Shown: in pieces, positions 7,829 to 15,427 of the stretch
How positions within the stretch are numbered: position 1 is the first letter of the stretch
Layout: the number at the start of each line of letters is the position of its first letter
Source of the DNA: Phycisphaerae bacterium
GTDB lineage: Bacteria > Planctomycetota > Phycisphaerae > WQYP01
DNA: 28,376 nucleotides
Direction of reading: 5' to 3'
NCBI GenBank assembly: GCA_013044065.1
Contig: JABEVA010000265.1
Location: 1-28,376 of the forward strand
Translations under genes and position numbers: made by a program
Notes under the pieces: generated by a model
What the model was told of the DNA's origin: nothing
Seen by the model: only the letters and a program-made list of their open reading frames with translations
The model's database searches: none

Positions 7829-9634
7829 TCAAAACGGAAAGCCGCTCCATAGTGAAGTGCCTTGGCGCGCGCTCATCAGCGAATAAGCCATGTAGGCCCG
7901 GTAGACCATGCACCCCCCTACCACGGATCCGCTGATCAGCAGTGGCGGAACCGGAGCACCAATCACCACCGCCCCCGCCACGGGCTTATCCGCTCCAGGG
8001 TGACTCTGCCGTCGGGCCAGCGATGCCCACCGCGCCAAGGGCAGATACATCAGCAAGCGAGCATGCGCCGGCTCCCATGCCGTGAGTTCCGCAATCTCGC
8101 CCAATTGCGGCAGATTCTGTTGATGCTTTTGAATCTGTTCTACCACCTCCGGTAGTTTCTTGGCCGCCCGGGCATCCGCAAAAATAATCCGATTTCCCAC
8201 CACTCCGGCATACATGCTAACCGCATCCGCCCCAAAAACGCTCTGCGGCGCTGGCATCTCCGAGAAAAGATGCGGTGGACCTGAAGGAATTGGCGGCAAG
8301 GACACTCTGGACGCCCGCGGGAATTTGCCACTCACCCTGGTGAATGGGACACCCGAAATTTTCAGGGCCGCCGGCGTAATCGTCCAGCGTGCATGAGCCC
8401 ATGCCGAATGGACGAAAGCCAAGCGGGGCGAATGCTTCAGCCATGCCAGAATCTGCTGCAAGTGCAGGTCCGCGTGGGCCATATCCACCACCTGAATGCC
8501 CAGACCATCTTGCCCAACGGGCCTGTTGCGGGCGTAATTGATCTGGCTTAGTCCACGCAAATCCGCCAGCGCGCCCAGCGCCAAAGCCATCTGCTTTTTC
8601 AGGTCCGGATACCGCTTGTTCGACCGTATCGACGCATGTTTATCCCACACCAATTCTGCGCCGCCCAGCCATGCCGCCACGGGCGCTCCGTCGATGGCCA
8701 TCGCACTTGCCGCAACATAACGCCCTGCCGGAAGTCCCACAAAGGGTGTCTTGCCTAAAGGCCGTTGCGCCCGAATCATTTTCGCCAGCGCCGTGCCGGC
8801 CTGCGGAATTGCAATCAACCGGCAGAGCATTCCCGTGCGGGCGAACCGCACCGTCAACATTGTCTGCGGTACTTGCGTTATCATCTGGTGCAGAATGTGC
8901 GCGGCCAAGAGATCGCAAGCCTTGCTATAAAATTCGGACCTGCTTAAATTCGTCGGGACGGGCCTTTTTTTTCTGGGCACCCTGTTGGCCTGGACCCTCA
9001 TCATCTTCTTTAGACGCCGATACATCCGGTAAATACCTCTCACGCGCAGCGACAGCGCCAGATCGCTGTTGATCAGGAAATGCCGCTGGGTCGCTGAAAG
9101 TTGCGGACCTAAAAATGCTTTCGCCGCCAGATACTTGCGTATGCTTGCCGCCTGATCCGAGAGGATCATGTAATGACCCTGCACCGTCATAAACAAGGGG
9201 ATTGGCTGTTGCGGAATGGCACCTTGATAGATTCCGTTTCCCATATTTTTGGCCCCGAATTCAGCCAAGGTGGCCGTCGGCTTGCTGCTGGCCAGAAGCG
9301 CCACCACCGATGGCTGCACCATGGCACCCGGCCTTGGCCACGCCAGAACCGCTATCGCCGCAGGCCGGTTGAAGTTAATGCCCAGGGTGGGGCCAAATTC
9401 ACGCATCAGTGCGGCGACGGGATCAGCGCCGCCGGGTGAGTTCATCCGGTTTTCCATCAGGCGGATTTTTGCTTCCAACGCTGCCACATTGGCCATATAC
9501 AAATATAACTGCGTGCTCGCCGGAATTCTTGCCAGTACGCCTCGTGGCCCCGCGGCCAGGCATGGCAACTCATGTCCAATCACAGTCAAGCAGCTCACGC
9601 ATATTATGACCAATCGCAACAGCATTCCACGCAT
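7829..9634 (-). CDS. Secreted hypothetical protein (paralog 2 of tandem pair), 601 aa, Arg/Lys-rich
   Basis: AAGGAG RBS (9647-9642), hydrophobic N-terminal signal ending LPCLA, and collinear motif matches to the 5835-7664 product. Confidence 0.85.
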   Translation of the reverse strand: MRGMLLRLVIICVSCLTVIGHELPCLAAGPRGVLARIPASTQLYLYMANVAALEAKIRLMENRMNSPGGADPVAALMREFGPTLGINFNRPAAIAVLAWPRPGAMVQPSVVALLASSKPTATLAEFGAKNMGNGIYQGAIPQQPIPLFMTVQGHYMILSDQAASIRKYLAAKAFLGPQLSATQRHFLINSDLALSLRVRGIYRMYRRLKKMMRVQANRVPRKKRPVPTNLSRSEFYSKACDLLAAHILHQMITQVPQTMLTVRFARTGMLCRLIAIPQAGTALAKMIRAQRPLGKTPFVGLPAGRYVAASAMAIDGAPVAAWLGGAELVWDKHASIRSNKRYPDLKKQMALALGALADLRGLSQINYARNRPVGQDGLGIQVVDMAHADLHLQQILAWLKHSPRLAFVHSAWAHARWTITPAALKISGVPFTRVSGKFPRASRVSLPPIPSGPPHLFSEMPAPQSVFGADAVSMYAGVVGNRIIFADARAAKKLPEVVEQIQKHQQNLPQLGEIAELTAWEPAHARLLMYLPLARWASLARRQSHPGADKPVAGAVVIGAPVPPLLISGSVVGGCMVYRAYMAYSLMSARQGTSLWSGFPF

Positions 9635-9688
9635 AGCGGCACTCCTTGGTGAAAATCACGTCTGCTAGGATAACCCGCCTCGGAGGCT

Positions 9689-9717
9689 TTGTCGCCAGCA
9701 CTCATTCCTGCTATTAT
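9689..9717 (+). promoter_or_regulatory. Putative extended -10 promoter of the MFS gene, predicted leaderless
   Basis: TTGTCG (9689-9694), 17-nt spacer, TATTAT (9712-9717) preceded by TG-C. ATG begins at 9724, the expected +1 position. Confidence 0.6.
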
Positions 9718-9723
9718 TCTGAT

Positions 9724-11028
9724 ATGAACGCCAGCCGCAGTCCGCCCGACCCCGATACCGATTTTAGCCTAACTCTCGGCCCACCTTCGACCACGCCGCC
9801 ACCCAAAATGCGCCGGCGAAGCCTGCTGCTGCTGGTAATTTTTAGGCTTTTGCGCAGTGCGGCCAGCGCCATGATCGCTGTTGCCCTGCCCTATCTGGTA
9901 CTGCGAAAGCTGCATTACGGCAGCCTTATGTTGGGCGCTATCTACATGATTGGTTTGGCTTCCACCGCCGTGTTGGGACTGGCCGTGGGCCACCTTGCGG
10001 ACCGCTGGAGCCGCAAAGGTACCCTTATTCTAACCGGCGTGATGGTCCCCTTGAGTGCTTTGCTGGTGTACGCCAGACCCGACCTGCCCATCTTGTTTCT
10101 GGCCTCGCTTATTGGCGGGTTTGCCGCCACCGGTTCACTCATCGGTGGTGGTGTCGGTGGAGCGGCCCAGCCGGCGCAAACCGCGGTGATTGCTGATTTA
10201 ACCACTTTATCCAATCGCACCCTCTATTATTCAGTCTTGGCATTTTTAAGTGGTGTGGCCGGAGCAGGTGGGGCCTGGTTGGTCCGCTATTTTTCCATTC
10301 ACAATGTTTTTTTGGTGGCGGCGGGGCTTTCAGCACTCGGTCTGCCGGCCTTAGTCTTCATGGTCATCCCCGCCCGGCCTCCAGCGGTCCCGCGCACATC
10401 CGATGCTCATAAAGCGTCACGAAAAAACATCCGCAAGTTCGGCATCACAGGAATGTTTAACGGCTTTAGCCAGGGGTTAATAACACCATTTCTCATTCCA
10501 TTTTTTGTCATCGTTTACGGCCTGCACAAATCACAGATGGCTTCGTATACATCGGTGGCCACCATGCTCGGAGCGGTGTCGCTGTTGGCCGCACCCATGC
10601 TGGAAAAACGTCTCGGCTTTGTACGCAGTATCGCCTTTACGCGGGCCTTGGGAACTCTGCTATTGCTGGTCATGGCGATCTGGCACAACCTGGACTTTGC
10701 CTTGATTATCTACGCTGTTACCCCAGCCCTGCGCATCGCCGCCCTGCCCGCCCAGCAAACCGCAATCACCAGTCGCGTTCATTCCGATGATGTGGGCCGG
10801 GCTTTGGCCGTCAATCAGGTTGCACGCGTATCCGCCGCTTCCGGAGCTATTTTATGTACCGGCTATCTTTTTGATCTTTCTGCGGTGGAAGTCCCTTTTT
10901 TTATCTATGCGGCCGTCATGAGCGCCAACATCTTTTTGTACTTCAAATTTTTTCCCAACCAAGCGCCGTCTCCCATCATCTCCGCCGATACCAGTGAGCA
11001 GCCCTCGCTACCGCCCCCCGGAAACTGA
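9724..11028 (+). CDS. Major facilitator superfamily transporter (12-TM type), ~434 aa
   Basis: About 12 hydrophobic segments; motif A variant GHLADRWSRK and second-half LEKRLGFVR. Start chosen from promoter geometry (alternatives 9646 and 9808). Confidence 0.88.
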   Translation: MNASRSPPDPDTDFSLTLGPPSTTPPPKMRRRSLLLLVIFRLLRSAASAMIAVALPYLVLRKLHYGSLMLGAIYMIGLASTAVLGLAVGHLADRWSRKGTLILTGVMVPLSALLVYARPDLPILFLASLIGGFAATGSLIGGGVGGAAQPAQTAVIADLTTLSNRTLYYSVLAFLSGVAGAGGAWLVRYFSIHNVFLVAAGLSALGLPALVFMVIPARPPAVPRTSDAHKASRKNIRKFGITGMFNGFSQGLITPFLIPFFVIVYGLHKSQMASYTSVATMLGAVSLLAAPMLEKRLGFVRSIAFTRALGTLLLLVMAIWHNLDFALIIYAVTPALRIAALPAQQTAITSRVHSDDVGRALAVNQVARVSAASGAILCTGYLFDLSAVEVPFFIYAAVMSANIFLYFKFFPNQAPSPIISADTSEQPSLPPPGN

Positions 11029-11207
11029 AAATCCGCCATTCGCTGCAAACACCAGGCACGTCGAGCTTCCGGCCATCCGCATAAACCAGATTCCACCGCG
11101 ACGACGGCTCCAGTCTTTCTCTCCCCTCCAGATCGCCGACCCAAAAGCTCCGACCTGTATAAAATAGCGTTGACCCGCCGCGAAGTATCCTGCCGTATCA
11201 AGCTCCT

Positions 11208-12617
11208 TTATGAATTTCCATTTTGCCCGGCCCCATCGGTTTTCAGCTTCTCTGGAATTAACGTCCGGATACTGCGGGCTTTCCCGATAAAATTGCCGCC
11301 GATGGGAACCGATTCGATAATCGTGGGTCGCCGAACATGGTTGTAGATCTGGTCCATAATCCGTTGGCTGATGTCTACGTCAAAGACGGCTTGCCCGGCT
11401 CGCGATTCATAATCCCGCCCTTTGATGACGGCAAATTTTTCTAAAAAGGTAATGCCTCGCGGGTCGTCCAGCGGCACGGCAATACGCGCCTGTAAATTTT
11501 GTCCCAACATTTGCTTAAGCACCGCTGCTCCCAGCACCCCCACGCCATTGCCGTGGCGGGCGCTGATGGCCAAGGCATCCGGAAACGTCAGCCGCCAAAA
11601 CGCCAAATCATCCGGCGAGGCTACAGCATCTATTTTATTTAATAAGAGCATCGCCGGTTGCTCGCCGCATCCTATCTCCACCAGCACCCGCTGCACGCTT
11701 TGCAGTTGTTGAAGGGCCTGGGGATGCGAAACATCCACCAGAATCAGCAGCAGATCCGCGTGTGTGGCCTCCTCCAGCGTAGCCTTAAATGATGCCACCA
11801 GATGGTGCGGCAAATCACGAACAAAACCAACCGTATCCGAGACCAGCGTGCTATGAGCAGCCGCCAACCGCCAGGTGCGGGTTTTGGTATCCAACGTGGC
11901 AAAGAGCTTATCTTCCACAAAGGTATCCGCGCCGGTAAGCGTGTTAAACAGCGTGCTTTTGCCGGCATTTGTGTAACCTACCAGGCTCACAGTGAAATGT
12001 TCCTGCTTGCGGGCAGACACTTCCCGGGTCTTGCGGGCTTGCACATCCGCGATGCGACTTTTTAGCTCCGATATCCGGGTGCGCACCAGTCGCCGGTCTA
12101 TTTCCAACTGCATTTCGCCCGGGCCGCGAGCACCCACGCCCGCCCCCGCTCCAGCACCAATGCGCTCCAGGTGGTTCCACATGTGCCGCAACCGCGGATA
12201 CGTATATTCAAGCTGCGCCAGGGCCACCTGCAACTGGGCTTCGCGGCTACGCGCCCGCGTCGCAAAAATATCCAAAATCAGTTCGCTGCGATCCAGAATT
12301 TTGCAATCACAGATTTTTTCCAGTTCACGCAGATGGTTTGGCAGCATATCATTGTCAAAAAGCACCACGTCCGCTTCCAGGGCTTTGACTATGGCGGCAA
12401 TTTCCTCGGCCTTTCCGCGACCGATGTACGTTGCCGGATCAATACTTTTCCGTTGTTGCACCACGCGCTCCACCGGCGTGGCTCCGGCGGTATGCGCTAA
12501 ACTGGCCAGCTCCCCCAGCGGATCCTGCAGATCCGCGGAGCTATTCGGTAGCAGCACCGCCACCAATATGGCCCGTTCTGCGTTAACGGAAAGTTGAACT
12601 CGACGATCCTGCGACAA
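11208..12617 (-). CDS. hflX: GTPase HflX (ribosome-splitting factor), ~469 aa
   Basis: N-domain EL..LA.TAG and YIGRGKAEE, LILDIFA.RA, GPGE.QLE.DRR; G1 GYTNAGKS, G2 FATLD, G3 DTVGF, G4 NKID. TTG 12617 follows GAAGGA; GTG 12653 is the alternative start. Confidence 0.96.
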   Translation of the reverse strand: MSQDRRVQLSVNAERAILVAVLLPNSSADLQDPLGELASLAHTAGATPVERVVQQRKSIDPATYIGRGKAEEIAAIVKALEADVVLFDNDMLPNHLRELEKICDCKILDRSELILDIFATRARSREAQLQVALAQLEYTYPRLRHMWNHLERIGAGAGAGVGARGPGEMQLEIDRRLVRTRISELKSRIADVQARKTREVSARKQEHFTVSLVGYTNAGKSTLFNTLTGADTFVEDKLFATLDTKTRTWRLAAAHSTLVSDTVGFVRDLPHHLVASFKATLEEATHADLLLILVDVSHPQALQQLQSVQRVLVEIGCGEQPAMLLLNKIDAVASPDDLAFWRLTFPDALAISARHGNGVGVLGAAVLKQMLGQNLQARIAVPLDDPRGITFLEKFAVIKGRDYESRAGQAVFDVDISQRIMDQIYNHVRRPTIIESVPIGGNFIGKARSIRTLIPEKLKTDGAGQNGNS

Positions 12618-12662
12618 GCTGAAACTACATCCTTCAAAGAGGCGATCCCGCACGGTTGAATC

Positions 12663-12668
12663 ATTATA
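12663..12668 (-). promoter_or_regulatory. Putative -10 element of hflX
   Basis: Perfect TATAAT on the minus strand just upstream of hflX; no convincing -35. Confidence 0.4.
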
Positions 12669-12717
12669 GCGGCGAATCTGATGGCGTGGCCCTTAAGCGC
12701 ATCTATGGTCCGACGCC

Positions 12718-12859
12718 GCCGTGGCCGAATTTTGCGGAAACCACGCCCTCCTGCATCAAAATCTTCCTCTCAGCCAACGCCGCCTCCCGATCCGGCCGGA
12801 TCTGCCGTACGCAGTACGCCGTCGGTCGCCACGGTTTTATGGCCGCATCGAGCAAGGCT
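12718..12859. repeat. Second copies of the two motifs found at 24-63, in swapped order
   Basis: GCCGTGGCCGAATTTTGC at 12718-12735 and GGCCGCATCGAGCAAGGCT at 12841-12859. Confidence 0.75.
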
Positions 12860-12912
12860 CCAAGACTATGGCGGTGCGCCCGCCACGCCCATGTTTTTTT
12901 GGGCTGCCACCT

Positions 12913-13938
12913 TCAGGCGGTTCGCGCGGCCTTATAGCTCTCGGCGGATGGTTCCTGCACGGTTTGAATCAACTTTTCTACCACGGCATCACAATCAATG
13001 CCTTCAGCGTCAGCGTTGAAGTTGGTGATAATTCGGTGCCGCAGCACCAACTTGGCCATTTGCCGAATATCATCAGTGCTCACATTCAACCGCCCACGCA
13101 ACAGGGCCCGAGATTTGGCACCCATCACCAGGTACTGCGCCGCCCGCGGCCCCGCACCCCAAGTCAGCCAATTGTTGATGAAGTCCGGCGTGTCTTTTTC
13201 ATGTGGCCGGGTACACCGCACCAATTGTACCGCATAATCCACCACATGGTCGCTGACGGGAATGCGCCGCACCATCTTTTGGATGGATAATATATCTTCT
13301 GCAGAAAGCACCGGCAGCGGTTCGGTGCGCGCATCCGCGGTAGTGCTTTTTACGATGTTCCGCTCGTCTTCCCGCGTCGGATAACCCACCTTCACCATAA
13401 ACATAAAGCGGTCCAACTGGGCTTCCGGTAACGGGTAAGTTCCCTCCTGTTCCACCGGATTTTGCGTTGCCAGCACAAAAAACGGCGGATCGAGTGGATA
13501 AGTCTGTCCACCCGCAGTTACCTGATATTCCTGCATGGCCTGCAAAAGGGCCGCCTGAGTTTTGGGCGGCGTACGATTGATCTCATCCGCCAAGAGCATA
13601 TTGGTGAAAATCGGACCACGGATAAAATTAAATACCCTTTTACCCGTCTGCGCATCTTCCTGTATGATGTCGGTGCCCGTGATGTCCGAAGGCATCAGGT
13701 CGGGCGTAAATTGAATGCGGTTGAAGCGCAGATTCAGCACTTTGGCCAGCGTGGAAATCATCAGGGTTTTTGCCAATCCCGGCACACCTACCAGCAGACA
13801 ATGCCCGCGTGAAAATAGGGCAATCAACAGAGCGTCAATCACATCTTCCTGGCCCACGATGACTTTGCGTATTTCGTGGATCATCACCTCGCGAACCTGT
13901 CGCAATTGTTCCACCGGAGAACTTTCTGCATCTGCCAT
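12913..13938 (-). CDS. moxR: MoxR-family AAA+ ATPase, 341 aa
   Basis: Walker A GVPGLAKT, RIQFTPDLMPSDITG, Walker B LLADEINR, ATQNPVEQEGTYPLPEAQLDRF, WGAGPRA; AGGAG RBS at 13949-13945. Confidence 0.95.
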   Translation of the reverse strand: MADAESSPVEQLRQVREVMIHEIRKVIVGQEDVIDALLIALFSRGHCLLVGVPGLAKTLMISTLAKVLNLRFNRIQFTPDLMPSDITGTDIIQEDAQTGKRVFNFIRGPIFTNMLLADEINRTPPKTQAALLQAMQEYQVTAGGQTYPLDPPFFVLATQNPVEQEGTYPLPEAQLDRFMFMVKVGYPTREDERNIVKSTTADARTEPLPVLSAEDILSIQKMVRRIPVSDHVVDYAVQLVRCTRPHEKDTPDFINNWLTWGAGPRAAQYLVMGAKSRALLRGRLNVSTDDIRQMAKLVLRHRIITNFNADAEGIDCDAVVEKLIQTVQEPSAESYKAARTA

Positions 13939-14149
13939 GTTTTACTCCTGCTGTTAACACCTTGGATTGTGCATCGCCTCAATGCCCCGCCGGCTTCTAA
14001 CCCTCGGTCCCTCCAAGGCCGCGTTCCCTTCCTCACATCTTAACGCTTGGGCCGCAATTTTGTTGCCCTGAACCCGGCAACGCCGTCGGCACGCCCAGGC
14101 CGCAACCGAAACAAGCCAGTGGCTTTGTCGCAAGGCCTGACCAGCCCGT

Positions 14150-15301
14150 TCACCGATCCAGCGGTAACGCATCCACCAGCCGATCCATGTCCGCAAGCGA
14201 GTTGTAAAAGTGTGGCGAGGCCCGCAGGCGATTTTCACGCAGCACGATGATAATGCGCTGGTTCTGCAATCGGCCGACCAATTGCTGCTGGTCGTGCTCT
14301 CGGCTGGTGAAGGAAACAATTCCACTTTGCTCACCGGCTCTGCGGCTGCTGACCACACGGTACCCCTTGTCCGCCAGTCGCTCGCACAAATAATCCGTCA
14401 ACGCCAAGAGTCGGCCGGTAATCGTTTCCATGCCCACTTCCAAAATCAGTTCCAAAGACGCGCCCAGCCCCAGCAACCCGCCGATGTTATACGATCCACA
14501 TTCAAAACGCCGTGCATCCGGCTTCAACGTGAAGTCGTAATGGCCATAATCATCGGCGTTAATCACATTCATCCAGCCAATTTCAGGGCGCAGCCGGTCC
14601 AGCAGTTCGCGCCTGCAAAAAAAGAAGCCCGCTCCCTCCGGCCCCAGCATCCACTTATGCCCATCTGCCGAAAGGAAGTCGATATGCATGCGTTGCACAT
14701 CCACCGGCAACGCGCCGCAGGCCTGGATACCATCGACACACAGATAAATGCCGTGGCTGCGACAAAATTGGCCAATGGTCTGCAAATCATGGTGAAAGCC
14801 GCTCGCATATTCCACCTGCGACAAGGCCAGCAGCCGCGTAGGACCGGCGGAAGCCGCGGCCAGAACATCCTCCAATTCGATCCGTCCATTTTTTTCCGGT
14901 ACCATGACATGTATGATACCGTGCCTCTGCGCCACCGCCATCCATGGATACACATTGGATGGATATTCCACGCTGCTGCTGACAATGCGGTCGCCGGGTT
15001 TCCAATCCAGTCCGTTGGCCACAAAGGAGAGCCCCTCACTGGTATTTTTGACAAAGGCTATTTCCGCCGGAGCCGCGTTGATTAGCCGGGCCGATAGCCT
15101 GCGCACCTCCTCCGCCCGACGATACCAGTGGCCGGTCAGGTAGGCATCATCCCGGGCCTGTTGGGCAAATTCACCGATAGCCGCGGCCGCCCGCGCCGAA
15201 ATAGGCGCCACACCCGCATGATTAAAAAACGTCCAGCGCCGGATAATCGGAAATTCCGATTCAATCTTAAAGCTCGCCGGTAACGCTGGTAGTTCTGTCA
15301 T
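14150..15301 (-). CDS. Class V PLP-dependent aminotransferase-fold enzyme (C-S lyase / cysteine desulfurase-like), 383 aa
   Basis: FFNHAGVAP, NTSEGL, EYPSN, VDGIQ, PLP-lysine motif SADGHKWMLGPEG, and RASPHFYN. Confidence 0.88.
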   Translation of the reverse strand: MTELPALPASFKIESEFPIIRRWTFFNHAGVAPISARAAAAIGEFAQQARDDAYLTGHWYRRAEEVRRLSARLINAAPAEIAFVKNTSEGLSFVANGLDWKPGDRIVSSSVEYPSNVYPWMAVAQRHGIIHVMVPEKNGRIELEDVLAAASAGPTRLLALSQVEYASGFHHDLQTIGQFCRSHGIYLCVDGIQACGALPVDVQRMHIDFLSADGHKWMLGPEGAGFFFCRRELLDRLRPEIGWMNVINADDYGHYDFTLKPDARRFECGSYNIGGLLGLGASLELILEVGMETITGRLLALTDYLCERLADKGYRVVSSRRAGEQSGIVSFTSREHDQQQLVGRLQNQRIIIVLRENRLRASPHFYNSLADMDRLVDALPLDR

Positions 15302-15368
15302 CGCTACACCCTTTTTGCCCGTTTCTCTGCCCTGCCGAGATTAACCGGATAACAAGAATCTGCCAACC

Positions 15369-15397
15369 TTGTCGCAGGTGCCCGCCGTCCCTACAAT
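15369..15397 (+). promoter_or_regulatory. Putative sigma70 promoter of the DHA2 transporter gene
   Basis: TTGTCG (15369-15374), 17-nt spacer, TACAAT (15392-15397). A small hairpin CCCGC-CAT-GCGGG (15406-15418) lies in the predicted leader. Confidence 0.6.
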
Positions 15398-15427
15398 TCC
15401 CTTAACCCGCCATGCGGGCGGCAGCCA

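Noticed and set aside
10905-11201. 98-aa minus-strand ORF just after hflX, preceded by AGGAG
   Set aside because: The SD is only 1 nt from the TTG, the ORF overlaps the MFS 3' end in antisense, and it has no protein-like features.
11156-11201. Possible + strand antisense promoter at the hflX 3' end (TAAAAT 11160-11165, TTGACC 11170-11175)
   Set aside because: The hexamers are in the wrong order or spacing to form a promoter.
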